Shown here: positions 29,681 to 43,010 of the stretch, in pieces
How positions within the stretch are numbered: the stretch's first letter is position 1
Layout of the letters: the number at the start of each line of letters is the position of its first letter
Assembly (NCBI GenBank): GCA_951406725.2
Contig: OX597830.1
Span: 71,052,001-71,116,000 of the forward strand
Direction: 5' to 3'
Source of the DNA: Octopus vulgaris
Taxonomy: Eukaryota
Length of the DNA: 64,000 bases
Made by a program: the position numbers and the translations under genes
The notes under the pieces: generated by a model
What the model saw: the letters and a program-made list of their open reading frames with translations, nothing else
The model's database searches: none
What the model was told of the DNA's origin: nothing

Positions 29681-30410
29681 CTCATGTACGAGCTGAGGAC
29701 ATGGCATCATACATACATACATACATACATACATACATACATACATACATACATACATACGTACATACATACATACATACATACGTACGTATGTATGTAT
29801 GTATGTATGTATGTATTTACGTATGTATTTGTGTGCGCACGTGTGGGCGTGGAAGTGTGCTGGTACATTTTCTGCAAATGGTTAAACAGTTCATTTCGCA
29901 ATCACGAAGTCCCAGCCAATTCCCTCTTAATAGCGACCATCAATGAAATGAGAAACTAATTTTTAGTCATAAACAATTATATCACAACATTGGATTGGAT
30001 TGGATTTCCTATGTTCAGTACACTGTATGATAATGGCCTTAGCGTATTCTCTCCACCAACTGCGGTCTGATGTGAAGACCATGAATTAGAGTTCCTGACC
30101 ACACTGGTTTGGTGAGCCTACTCTTCCACACCGACACTTCTCGGCTAAGAGGTGCCATTTTTATGCTCATACCCGGGAGTAGTTAAGTCGATTACGTTCA
30201 ACCTGAGTATCTGATATTTGCTCGACTTGAAGAACTTTTTAAAAATACTTTCGATTTGTTTGAGCAAAACTGGTAGAATTAAATATAAATAAATGTGAAA
30301 TACGGAGCAGTCTTACAAAGATAACATCCTTTTTCTCGTAACATCTAAATAAATGACGTTTCTTATTTTTTTACAATCCTTCAAATTATGTCCCCTTTCT
30401 TGAAATTTAC

Positions 30411-30620
30411 CAGCGATTAGCAGAGGCAAATACCCTGAAACTAGTCTAGGTGCCAGATGAGCAAGGGGAAGCGGCTGACCTCCACTGTTCGAAGGTTATA
30501 ATGGACACAGGTTCGTGTGTCACATAACTAGCTAGAGGCGATGGCCTCTTGGAGCTAATCAACGGCAGCATTCGTCCTATTTTTCTGGACTGCCATGTTA
30601 GCTTGGCGATAACTATTAAT
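30411..30620 (+). mobile_element. HHR-bearing short retroelement, family H2 (copy 2, core decayed)
   Basis: Homologous to 15092-15330 (minus); retains GAAACTAGTC at 30437-46 but lacks a recognisable CUGANGA box. Confidence 0.6.
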
Positions 30621-30959
30621 TTCTATCTCATAGAGGGCAAATCTAAATTAAATGAGAAATGCACACACACATATACATGCATATTTATACATGTAGTTTG
30701 GTTTCAAAATTTTGGCACGAGGCCAGCATGTTTGGGCCAAGAGGAATGTCGATTGCATCGACCACAATGCTCAACTGATACTCGTTTTATCGACCTTGAA
30801 AGGTAGAGTCGACTTCCTCGGAATCTGAACTCAGAACGTAAAAACACAAGAAATGCTCCAAAGAATTTTACCCCGACGCGCTAACGATTCTGCCAGCTCG
30901 CCACCCTAATATACGCATATATATATAAGAAATAAATGACTTTCATCCGGGTATAAATG

Positions 30960-31234
30960 AGAAAATTATTTCTATGCCAATATGCTGATAACAGACTTTT
31001 AAATCGTCAATTTCGATTTATTATTATATACCCACTACGGAAATACGTTGTGCTGAAATCGAGGAAAGCTAGCCAACAGAATGTTTTAAAAAAAGTTCGT
31101 TATTTCTAGAAAAATTCTGTTGGCTAGCTTTCCTTGATTTCAGCTCAACGTATTTCTGTAGTGGATACATAAATATGTGGAAATTGACGATTTAAAAATC
31201 TGTTTTCAGCATATTGGCATAGAAATAATTTTCT
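30960..31234. mobile_element. Fold-back / MITE-like element with ~120-bp inverted arms
   Basis: 30960-31082 pairs with 31114-31234, with some mismatches and indels. Confidence 0.75.
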
Positions 31235-31370
31235 TTTGCCCTTGTTTATAAGTTGTTTATAATTTTAACCTTTAAAGGTATCTTAATATGCTGTCACTTT
31301 TTCTTAATGAAATTTTTTCTGTAAAAAAACTTCATCCTATATTAATAGTATATGTATATATATATATATA

Positions 31371-31590
31371 TTTATTTAAAAGCAGCAAAAATTCAACAAA
31401 ACCTGTATATTTCATATTTTTCGGACAGTTTTTGCTAGATTCTAGCAAAAACTGTCAACGAAAACCTGTGAAACTCAGAGTAACAGGTTTTCGTTGAATT
31501 TTCTGCTGCTTTTAAATAAAGCATATTACTCTACCACTGGTATTTGAGTACTCTTTTTCCACCTTGTTTCACATTTATGTGTTTACTCCG
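31371..31590. mobile_element. Nested palindromic element between (TA)n tracts with HHR stem III remnant
   Basis: Outer arms 31371-31406/31483-31520; inner palindrome 31425-31456; GAAACTCAGAGTA-ACAG at 31470-86. Confidence 0.65.
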
Positions 31591-31630
<40 letters not shown>

Positions 31631-31631
31631 T

Positions 31632-31822
31632 ATTTATTATATAGAAGGAGTTTACAGGACTAGAACTGTTTCATTCAAGAGAAATCTTCAGGTAGCTTCC
31701 TGAAGATTTCTCTTGAATGAAACAGTTCTAGTCCTGTGTCCTTCTATATAATAAATTAATTTTACTCTGCTATGTATTGAGTACCTTATTTACTTTGGTT
31801 AACCCCGAATCAACCCGGGACC
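31632..31822. mobile_element. Fold-back element between (TA)n tracts with CTGAAGA...GAAAC next to the centre
   Basis: Arms ~31632-31692/31699-31756; CTGAAGA 31700-06, GAAA 31719-22; ~65-bp asymmetric tail. Confidence 0.65.
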
Positions 31823-31902
31823 TATATATATATATGTATATATATATAAATATGTACGCGTCATCACACGTATATATGTGTTTATGTAAGATCCTATGTG
31901 GG

Positions 31903-32311
31903 TTGCAGGAGTGGATGTGTTGTAAAAAGCTTGCTTTCCAATCACATAATTCCGGGTTCAGTCCCTCTGCGTGGCACCTTGGGCAAGTTTCTTCTACTAT
32001 AGCCCCGGGCCGACTAAAGCCTTGTGAGTGGATTTGGTAGACGGAAACTGAAAGAAGCCAGTCGTGAGTGTGTGTGTGTATTTATGTGTGTGTCTTTGTG
32101 TCTGTGTTTGTCCTTCCACCAAAACTTGACCGATGTTGGTGTGTTTACGTCCCCGTAACCCCACGGCTCGACAAAAAAAGACTCATACAATAAATACTAG
32201 ATTTGCAAAGAATAAATTCTGTGGTCGATTTCTTCAACTAAAAAAAAAATCCTTTATGGCTTTGCTCCAGCATGGCCGCAGTCAAATGTCTGACAAGTGA
32301 AAGAACAAAAG
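31903..32311 (+). mobile_element. SINE family A, diverged
   Basis: Full-length colinear match with many substitutions. Confidence 0.8.
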
Positions 32312-32341
32312 TACATATATATGCATATCAGTTTGTCTGTT

Positions 32342-32397
<56 letters not shown>

Positions 32398-32453
32398 TAC
32401 CATTATATTTTGTGCTTATGTGTGTGTATGTTTGAGTGTGTGTGTGTGTGTTT

Positions 32454-32487
<34 letters not shown>

Positions 32488-33121
32488 CTGTCAGTCTGTC
32501 TGTCTGTCTGTCTGTGTGGATGCGTGCATGTGTCTGTATGCGTTGATCACGTAGGCTGATTGTCGCCAGTTACAACTGCGCGAAGGGAGACAAGTACAAC
32601 TACGCTACCCCATTTCTCGCAATTATTTTCCATTTACCCTTCCTTCCTTCCTTCCTTGCTTCTTCATAACTTCTGCGTATATCTGGATTAAATTCTGTCA
32701 AGTTATAGAGCTGCTTGGCAAACGCTAGACAAGACACCCGTGATATTCAGCTGGAAGCTACAGACTCTGTGGTATGTAGATAGATATAGACTTCCAAGTA
32801 GCGAAAACCGTTCTTCGGCGTTATCACGGCGCCTTTTACTTGCATAATCTAAAACCACTTATACTTTGTGCACTACCTGAACCAAAGATTCACTCCAACT
32901 GAGCGCAGATGAAAGAATGGGGTCGCTTCGGCAGAATGAATAGTTTGGTTTATTAATGCAATTATACAAATAGGCGTCAACGTTGTTCTGTAGCTAATAA
33001 GTACGCTTTGTCGTCTCCTGATTTTGGGTTCGATTTCTCAGCAGGGCATCATTTTGTGTACGTCAATTGCCTTTTTCTGCGGAGTGAACAAAATTAGGTA
33101 AAGCATAAGTATGTGATAGGC

Positions 33122-33196
33122 CACGACACACACACATGTACGCACACCCACGACGCACACACATGTACGCACACCCACGACACACACACATGTACG
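33122..33196. repeat. 27-bp minisatellite, about 3 units
   Basis: CACGACACACACACATGTACGCACACC repeated. Confidence 0.85.
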
Positions 33197-33723
33197 TATA
33201 TGTGTGTATGTGCTAAAAATCTGTTATACTGAGTCGTTTTTCAGTTCAGTTGCTATTCGTTTTTACTTTAAAGAACGCATACGGACTCACGCTTGTACAC
33301 TTCTGCGCATTCATATAAACGAATTACATCAATATACATACACACATACATGCATACATACATATACTTGCGCTCGCTCACTAACAGGCACATACCGGAA
33401 ATTTTGGTACCTAAGTCGAAAAAGCGTGGTGGACCTGACCAAAAGGAGAGAGGGCACACATTTCTTTTCGGTAAGGACATCATAGACATTTTAGGTTTCA
33501 CTCAGAGAGAAAGGTGAAGGTAAATTTATTGAAAAGTGGTTGAAAATAGAGTGCGGGGCCCTTGTAAATCGTCCTGGTCTTTTTAGCAGATGCCAGACGA
33601 CTGGAAATTTAGGGCTGAGAAAATCTATTTGCCGTTAGCGGCTGGGTTCATCTTTGAATGTAAGGAGTTTCTTCATCGTTACTATGTAATCATTCCAATT
33701 TTCGTTTCTTTTTTTCTTTTGTA

Positions 33724-34098
33724 CTCGCTGTATCGCCCGGCGTTGCTCGGGTTTGTAAGGGAAATAACTATATAAGCAATTTTAGAGAGTTATAGCCAAA
33801 AAATAGCAAAAAAATGATGGTAAATTTTTTTTTAAATCGTTGACTCATCGTAGACATTTTTAGAGAGTTACTTTCCTTATATAATAGCGAAAAAATGCAT
33901 TAAAATGGAAAAAAATTAGGGTAATTTTTTTTTTAATCGTAGACTCATCGTAGACGCGCGCTAATACCCAGAAGGGCTCGATATGAATCACGACTATAAG
34001 ATACCCGATTTTGGTTAAACTGTACCGCAAAATGTGGGAGTAGTTAGGAATCTAAATCGTAGGAGACGGACACACAATTTCACTTTTATATATAAAGA
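33724..34098 (-). mobile_element. Non-autonomous Helitron, second copy
   Basis: Same termini (A|TC...hairpin...CGAG|T) on the minus strand; internal duplication. Confidence 0.85.
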
Positions 34099-34753
34099 TA
34101 TCCTTTTGGCAAATATTGTAGTTCTGTTTTTTTTTGTTGCTATCTTATTTTTTTAATCTATGTTATTCTTTGTATTCTCAAGCTCAGTGCATCGGATAAA
34201 ATGCCTTGCAGCATTCCTTCCGGCTCTTTACACTTTAAGTTCCATTCGTGCCGAAGACAAATTTGCTTTCATACTTCCAGGGTCAATAAAGTAAATGCTA
34301 CTCAGATACTGGGTCATTGGTATCAACTATTCCCCAACCTCTACAACTTGTAGCTTTGTATCAAAATTTGAAACAAGAAGCAGGGAGCAGACAGAATCAT
34401 TGGATTGTCTGAAAAGAATGCTTAGAGACATTTCTTCAAGCTCTATGCGTTCCATGTTCCAATGCCACCAAGTCGATTTTATCCTTTCGATGTTGATAAA
34501 ATAAGTACCAGTCAAATACTAGGACCGTTGTAATTGGCATTTCTTTTCCCTCAACAGTGATGGCCTTGTTCCAAAATTTGAGGTTGCGGCATTTCGTCCG
34601 TCTTTACGTTATGAGTTCAAATTCCGGCGAGGACGATTTTGCCTTTTATCCTTTCAGAGTCGATAAAATATGCACCAGTTACGCACTGAGGTCGATGTAA
34701 TCGATTAGCACGCCTCCCCTAAAATTTCAGGCCTTGAGTCTTTAGTAGATAGG

Positions 34754-34818
<65 letters not shown>

Positions 34819-34826
34819 CATTATTA

Positions 34827-34878
<52 letters not shown>

Positions 34879-34888
34879 CATCATTATT

Positions 34889-35156
34889 TTCAACGAAAAC
34901 CGGTGATTGCCGTACGCTGATGACAGGTCAAAACCTAGAAACTGCAGTCCGTGCGTATCACTTAGGTTGACGAGGAAGGGTGACCTCCCTTTTGCAAATA
35001 CCATAAGGGCACAGAAAGTGTGCCTTAAGCCATCTGGAGACGATGTTCTCCTGGGGCTACAAGCTACAGTAACACCCACCCTTAGTGGTTAGCCATATTG
35101 TGATGGCAACCATATGTCACATTGTCGTGCAGTTACTGTTTATGCCTCGTTCAGAG

Positions 35157-35157
<1 letters not shown>
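34889..35157 (+). mobile_element. Short HHR-bearing non-autonomous retroelement (retrozyme / Penelope pLTR-like), family H1, between (ATT)n tracts
   Basis: ~270-bp unique block flanked on both sides by (ATT)n, with an HHR at the 5' end followed by a hairpin series colinear with the elements at 15.1-15.3 kb and 30.4-30.6 kb. Confidence 0.65.
34902..34962 (+). ncRNA. Type I minimal hammerhead ribozyme, canonical core
   Basis: Stem I CGTACG(34911-16)/CGTGCG(34950-55), extended by GGTGAT/ATCACT; CTGATGA 34917-23; stem II AGGT-caaa-ACCT with a C.A mismatch at its base; GAAA 34938-41; palindromic stem III ACTGCAGT; GUC triplet, predicted cut after 34949. Confidence 0.8.
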
Positions 35158-35228
<71 letters not shown>

Positions 35229-35239
35229 CATTATTATTA

Positions 35240-35303
<64 letters not shown>

Positions 35304-35332
35304 TTATTATTATCATCATCATTATTATTATT

Positions 35333-35847
35333 GAGTGAGAGAGCAGTGCATGCCATCAAAGTGACACTGGGGTAAAATATACGAAGCTCAATATACCCAT
35401 CATGACTACCCGTCTGATAAAGGTACACCAGGCACATGCATCACAACCATATGTGCGCGACATGGTGATCTCATATCAAGATAAACAGCACATGACCTTG
35501 CAGGTGGGGCCCAGTTAGAATTTTCTTCAGGTTGAGTAGCCCATCCCGTTCAAAAGGTCCCTGAATAAGGGTTGTTTAAGGATGTTGAAAGAACCACCCA
35601 TGTTTCCAGAGGTGAATTATTCAAACCCCAAAGAATCCCTCTCAACACATGGCTATGATGCTCCCCCACTACTTCTGCTCGTGATCAGAGATGCATATAT
35701 CGTCAGCCACTAAGGGACATGCTCAACTGGTTAAGGTCAAACCACTGACAAGCAAATCTGTGGTATTGAGCAGAATATTTGCTGTAGCCCATCTTTTATA
35801 CCAAGGGTTAAGGTCAAACAACTGACAAGCAAATCTGTGGTATGGTT
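35333..35847 (-). mobile_element. Unclassified retroposon-like segment ending in an (AAT)n tail
   Basis: Unique block between (ATT)n tracts; internal 38-bp duplication 35729-66/35806-43. Confidence 0.4.
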
Positions 35848-36156
<309 letters not shown>

Positions 36157-36322
36157 CCCTTGTCTTCTAATGCCGATTCAGGAATGTAGTAATAATAAGA
36201 CAGTCGGTTCGTTATATCAAATATCATCTGTCTACAAACTAATTATATATGCCAAGACCAGTTGAGCTTTCTGGAAAAAATTGCATCGTAAGCAACGGAT
36301 ATGGGCGAGGTGGCAGGCAAAA

Positions 36323-36373
<51 letters not shown>

Positions 36374-37703
36374 AAAGAAAAATGAATAAAAAAAAGTACA
36401 AAGAAAGACATTGAAGCTATTCTGTTTTATTATCTTTAGTTTTTGGATATTTTTTCATTTCCTTCGTCTCTGTCTCTCGTTTTTAAAATGACAACGGAAT
36501 CGGTTACAACGTCCATGAATGGTTCGAAAATAACCAGACACAGAAGCGTCGTTTCCTCAAAAAAAAAAAAAAAAAAAACAAAAAGCAAGCAATGACAAAT
36601 TCAACGACTGCGCAGTAACTTAACAACAGAAAGCTTTTAAAAAAAAAAACACGCTCAAAAAGAAAGCCCACCCCACCAAAAAAAAGGAAAAAGAAAAAAA
36701 CCCCAGATGCAGTAAGGAAGTCGTCAATGGACATCAAAGGAGGTTTCGGTAATCTCGTCGTACCGTTTGATCTCAGTCTTCTTTACAAATATATTATTTG
36801 GGTTTTATTTCTCTGACCTGCACCACCTTAGTAGTTTTCTTCGTTTTCCTTCCCTTTTTTCCTTCGTTCCTTCTTTCGTGTTACCTTCTTCATCTTTTTT
36901 TTCTTTCGTTTATGTATTTATTTTGTCACGCCTTCCTGTTTTAGCATTTTAAACGTCTTTAAATTTTGTTACCTTACGTCTTTTGCAGTTATTATTAGTG
37001 TTATTGATAAGGCGGCGAGCTAGCAGAATCGTTAGCACCCTGGCCAAAATGTTTAGCGGTCTTTCGTTCATTTTAACGCCCTAACTTCAGATTCCGCCGC
37101 GGTTGAATTTGCCTTTCATCTTCTCGGGGGAGGGGTCAATAAAATAAGTACCAGTTACATACTGAGGCCGATATAATCGATTACCCAACTCACCAAAATT
37201 TCAGGCCTTGTGCCTTAAGTAGAAAGGGTTATTAGTGTTATTGCTTAAAGGTGGTGAGTTAGCGGTGTGGATTTTCTTCAGGCTATTTGCGTTCTGAGTT
37301 CGAATCCCGCTGAGTTGACCATTGTCTTTCACTCTTTCTGAATTATAACGAAAAAAGAAAAAAAAAATCAGTCAAGTACTGGAGGCTATGTAACCGATAT
37401 ACCTTCCCTTCAAAAGCTACTGATTCTGTGCCAAAATTTGAAACCATTATATACAACAGTGTGCAGCCAGGATCACTGCGGTGCCAGACAAAAACGATCA
37501 ACAGCATTACTTCCGGCTATACGTTCTCAATTCAAATTCCACCCGGGAGGATTTTGCCTTTTTCCTTTCGGGGTCGACAAAATAGGTACTAGTCGGGTAC
37601 GTCTGAGGGGGTTTGGATATAAACTGCTAACCCACTTCCCTGAAATCGCTGGCTTTGCACCACAATTTCAAACCATTGTTACTGTGAGAGATAAGACGGC
37701 GTA

Positions 37704-38282
37704 TGACGGCGAGCTGGAACAAATGTTAGCACGCCGTGCGAAATGCGTAGCGGTAATTCGTCTGTCTCTACGTTCTGAGTTCAAATTCAGCCGAGGTCGA
37801 CTTTGCCTTTCATACTTTCGGGGTCGATTAAATAAGTACCAGTTATGCACTGGGATCGATGTAATTGACTTAATCCGTTTGTCTGTCCTTGTTTGTCCTC
37901 TCTGTGTTTAGCCCCCTTGTGGATAGTAAAGAAATAGGTATTTCGTCTGTCTTTACGTTCTGAGTTCAAATTCTGCCGTGGTCGACTTTGCCTTTCATCC
38001 TTGCGGGGTCGATTAAATAAGTACCAGTTACGCACTGGGGTCGATATAATCGACTTAATCCGTTTGCCTGTCCTTGTTTGTCCTCTCTGTGTTAGCCCCT
38101 TGTGGGTAGTAAAGAAATAGGTATTTCATCTGTCTTTACGTTCTGAGTTCAAGTTCTGCTGAGGTCAACTTTGCTTTTCAACATTCCGGGGTCAATAAAT
38201 TAAGTAACAGTTGCGTAATGTGGTCGATCTAATCAACTGGTCCCCTCCCCCAAAAATTTGGGCCCTATGCCTAGAGAAGAAA
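37704..38282 (+). mobile_element. SINE family B, 3-unit multimer
   Basis: Units restart at 37938 and 38121; 17-bp TSD AGAGATAAGACGGCGTA 37687-703/38283-99. Confidence 0.9.
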
Positions 38283-38622
38283 AGAGATAAGACGGCGTAC
38301 TAGCATGTCACAAAATGTGCTTAACGATGTTTCCTCCAACTCTTTACATTGAGAGTTCAAAAATCATACTGAATTTAAATATCACTCAAGGCGGCATGAC
38401 ATTTCACCATAAGTACTTGTGGAACACTGTGTTGTTGTTGTTGTTGTTGTTGTTTGTTCCTTCTCGAGCCACGACTGGTTTATAAGGGCCGATTTTCCGG
38501 TTTTATTGGCGTATAGGTTCCCAATCTGGACAGGACGCCGGTCCGTCGTAAGTGAGCTGCTAGATGCAGGAAGAAAGAGTAAGAGAAAGCTGTGGTGAAT
38601 GAGTCAGAAGAAACTCGCCATA

Positions 38623-38793
38623 GGCGCAGGAGTGGCTGTGTGGTAAGTAGCTTGCTAACCAACCACATGGTTCCGGGTTCAGTCCCACTGCGTGGCATCT
38701 TGGACAAGTGTCTTCTGCTATAGCCTCGGGCCGACCAAAGCCTTGTGAGTGAATTTAGTAGACGGAAACTGAAAGAAGCCTGTCGTATATATG

Positions 38794-38824
<31 letters not shown>

Positions 38825-39005
38825 ATATGTTTGTGTATCTGTATCTGTATTTGTCCCTCTAGCATTGCTTGACAACCGATGCTGGTGTGTTTACGTCCCC
38901 GTCACTTAGCGGTTCGGCAAAAGAGACCGATAGAATAAGTAGACTAAAGGCGGTGCTCCAGCATGGACGCAGTCAAATGACTGAAACAAGTAAAAAAAAA
39001 AAAAA
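38623..39005 (+). mobile_element. SINE family A nested in a family C SINE
   Basis: Host reads through as ctcgcca|ttaccttctgc. Confidence 0.85.
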
Positions 39006-39611
39006 ATTACCTTCTGCTAGAGCCGCGTGGAGCTTTTAGGTGCTTCGTTCATAAACACGCACACATCACCCAGTCTGAGATTCGAACCCGCGATCCCTCG
39101 ACCGCGACTCCGCTTCTCTAACCACTAGGCCATGTACCTCCACAGTGGAACACTGGGGTCAATGCAATCGATAATCGACTTACCTCTCCGCATGAAAATT
39201 ACTGAACTAGTGCTAAAATTAGAAATGGTTATTAATGTTATTGATGTGTTTACACAGCGGTGAGTAATTGCAATCGTTAAACCGACTGTTGGATAAAAAT
39301 CTATTGTGGTATTTAATTTAGATTTTTATGCTGCAAGTTAAGACGAAATTGATGACGATTTTGCATCCAGAGTAGAAATGTTGGTTTCAAATTTTTGGCA
39401 AAAGACCAGCAATTTCAAGGAAGCGGGTTAATTCAATTACATCAACTCAAATACGCAACTAGTTCTTATTTTATTGACCTCCGAGAGGATGAAATGTAAA
39501 ATCGACTTCGACGGTATTTGAACTCAGAACACGAAGATAGACAAAATCCCGCTTAACATTTTGCCCGCCTTGCTAAGGATTCTCCGAACTCACTGGAGAA
39601 CAGATATTACA

Positions 39612-39681
<70 letters not shown>

Positions 39682-40010
39682 GTCTGTGTGCTTGTCTGTA
39701 TGTATGTATGTATGTATGTATGTATGTATGTATGTATGCATGTATGTATATGTCTGCGTGTCTGAGTTTGTCCCCCCAACATCGCTTGACAACCGATGCT
39801 GGTGTGTTTACGTACCCGTAACTAGCGGTTAGGTAAAAGAGACCTACAGAATAAGTACTAGGCTTCCAAAGAATAAGTCCTGGGGTCGATTTGCTCGACT
39901 AAAGGTGGTGCTCCAGCATGGCCACAGTCAAATGACTGAAACAAGTAAAAGAATAAAAGATTATGTATATATATATATATATACATTGTGTGTGTGTGTG
40001 TCTGTATACA

Positions 40011-40227
40011 CGAGAGGATACTGAAAAGTTCTTGGCTGTAAGGGTATCACGAAAGGCCTGGTTGGATGCACAACCTTCCGAGTTCTTCTACAGGGCATAG
40101 AAAAACTGAAGGACCGCTGCAATAAGTGTGTGAATCTGAGAGAAGAATATGTTGAATAAAAGTTCAATTAACTGATCCTCCTGTATTTTCTTTTACCCAA
40201 AAGCAAAGAACTTTTCATCCCTCATCG
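40011..40227 (+). mobile_element. Mariner-derived MITE
   Basis: TIRs CGAGAGGATACTGAAAAGTTCTTGGCT / AGCAAAGAACTTTTCATCCCTCATCG-TA; residual LQGIEKLKDRCNKCVNLREEYVE*. Confidence 0.8.
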
Positions 40228-40249
40228 TATGTGTGTGCGTATATATATA

Positions 40250-40456
40250 TAACGGGAAGCTTTATGAAAATAGACAAAAGACGAAGGCAGGTGGGAAACA
40301 AACAAACAATTGTATTAGTATGGCGCTCAGGAAATATAAATAAAACAAGTCTTTAACGCTTCGAGCCTACGCTCTTCAACAGAAAGATACACAGAGAGAA
40401 AAAAAACACAGAAAGAAGGAGAGAAAAAAATGCGTGCAGTAACTAACGAATCAACA
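40250..40456 (-). mobile_element. H4-related element with degenerate HHR at 40350-40387
   Basis: Minus: TCTTT CTGTTGA a GAGC-gtag-GCTC GAAG CG TT AAAGA; shares the downstream TTTCCTGAGCG motif with H4; flanked by TA tracts. Confidence 0.5.
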
Positions 40457-40509
40457 TATATATATATATATACATACATTCATTCATACCCACACATCTA
40501 TACACTTTC

Positions 40510-40560
<51 letters not shown>

Positions 40561-40635
40561 TGTGTATATATATAAAAAATATATATATACATACATACAT
40601 TCATACCCACACATCTATACACACTCATGTATATA

Positions 40636-40750
<115 letters not shown>

Positions 40751-42035
40751 TATACACACGTAAAATGATATTGTTAATATACGCCATTTTCCATGTCATA
40801 GCAATGTCCAACATTGAAGTGACAGCTAATGCCAATTGTCTGTCTAACGACACATCTAAACTTAGCACGATATTATGTAACAGAAATTTTACTGCAGTTA
40901 GTGTTCCGTTAATGTTATTTTTGCAAACTAACATTGTAACGACGATAGCCGTAGTTGTAATCAATTCCAGCATTGTCATGAGGACTTGAGTTTTATAAAG
41001 GAATCGTATAAGTTCACTGACAGGGTTAACTTCGTTTTCGTTTTCCCTGCCATAATGGAAATGCAGATCAGAAAGGGAGGTAACAAAATATGTTAAAAAC
41101 CATCCGTTTAAAGATTTCTACTTGTCTGCAGTTCATAGGGCTATGTAAATGATAAGGATATCTTACGCTAGTACAAGGCCGTACATTTGTACAGAACGGA
41201 ATTCGGTGATTTATTTTTGTATCATATCACTCGATATGCACGGTATTTATTTTTATTTTATCAACTTGGGAGAAGAAAGTAAAGGACAAAGTTCACTATG
41301 GTGACATAGGAACTGAGCTTTTAAACGGACGTAATATTATATTTTAATGTCTTCAGTCCGAATTTTTTTTCTCTGTCAGCAGCTGTAAGGTATTCAGCGT
41401 TTTAAGAATTATTTCTAATTAAACACCAGGCGGATGTAGTCGATATCAGCGACTCCAGTACTCGACTGGTTTATCTATCATCGCTTACCCCGGATTCGCT
41501 CTTCACTGATCCAGGACAACACGAGTGGGCGTTGAGTCAGTGATTTTGCTTGGACCATCAAAGTGCGCCCCATCGATCATTCACAATGTCCAGGACAATT
41601 TGAGGTTTCGGAACGAAACCTATTTTTGACGGATACATTTAACTGTATTTTAATTTAATTTTATTTATTGCTTTTGTTTCTGGACTCAAACATTTGCAGA
41701 AAGCGATGATACATGTACTTTATTTTATAGGCCTCGGAAGGCTGAAAGTCAATGTCGAACTCAGCGAGATTTGAACACAGAATTTGAAGAGCCGGGACAA
41801 TTGACGTAAAAATAATGGTTTCAACTTTTGGCATAAAGCCATCAAGTTTCAAAGGATGAATAGTTCATATCACCGATTCCAGTATTTCTTTGTCGATATC
41901 GAGGGTATGGAAAATAAATTTATCCGAATTTAAACTCAAACGCAAGGTGCGAGATTAACAAGGTGCGCGTTAATAATTCTGCCAATCCAACGCACTCTTT
42001 CAGGCTTTTGGTTATATATTTCAAGCTACCCGGTT

Positions 42036-42083
<48 letters not shown>

Positions 42084-43010
42084 GATGGATTGAACCTTTA
42101 ATTCCAGAGTCCAGTCTTGTCAAACTTAATATCACGCTGATTGATTTTACATGAGCATCATACTAGGTGTAGTGGAATCGCATGGCTTAGTGGTTAGGGC
42201 GTTGTATTCATGATCGTAAGATTGTAATTTCAATTCCTGAACGGGGTGAAGCGTTGTATTCTTGATCAAATTACTTCATTTCCTGTTGCTTCACTCCATT
42301 CAGCAGGTAAAAATGAATTACCCTGTGATGGACTTGCGTCTCGTCCAGAGAGGAATATACACGGCAGAGAAACTGGGAAACTGGTTCTTTGCTCCTTATG
42401 GAGTAATATCTACTAACCATTATGTTAGGACTACACGAGTCTGCGGAATATTCTGCCAATCCCACTAATACAATGACTAGGTAGCTGAGTTACTCGAGTA
42501 AATGGAATGGTCACTATTGAACTCGATGGTGGAATTTTTAAAACTTTTCACATGTGTGTGAGACAAGGAAGATGAAGAGAAGGAAAGGGGGTGGAAGAGG
42601 TACAGATATTTAAAGAAGTAGAGAGAGAGAGGAAGAGAGAGAGAAAACACAGAAAGAGAGGGGGAAAGAGAGAGAGTGAGAAAAAGGAAGGAGAGTAAGA
42701 GGGAATGTAAGAGGAGAAGGAACAGAGAGTATAAGAAAGAGAGAGGGGAAGAAAGTGTGTAAGAGAGAGTGTGTGTGTGTGTGTAAGAGGGAATGTGGAA
42801 GTAAGAGAGGAGAGAGAGGAACAGAGAGTGTAAGAGAGGGAGAGGAGAGAGATAGAGAAGAAAGAGAGGAAAGAGATAAGAAGGGAGAGAGACTTTGATA
42901 CGAAGCCTAAGTTTCAACAAGTTTTCAACAAGTTTCAACATAGTTTTACTAATAAAAATATTCGCGAAGTATTATAGATCTGAAGACATTAAATTTTCTA
43001 AGTTCAACCT

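Noticed and set aside
34980-35016. SECIS-like GTGAC...AAA...AGA in the H1 element
   Set aside because: The helix next to the putative GA quartet does not pair and the pattern is not kept in family H2
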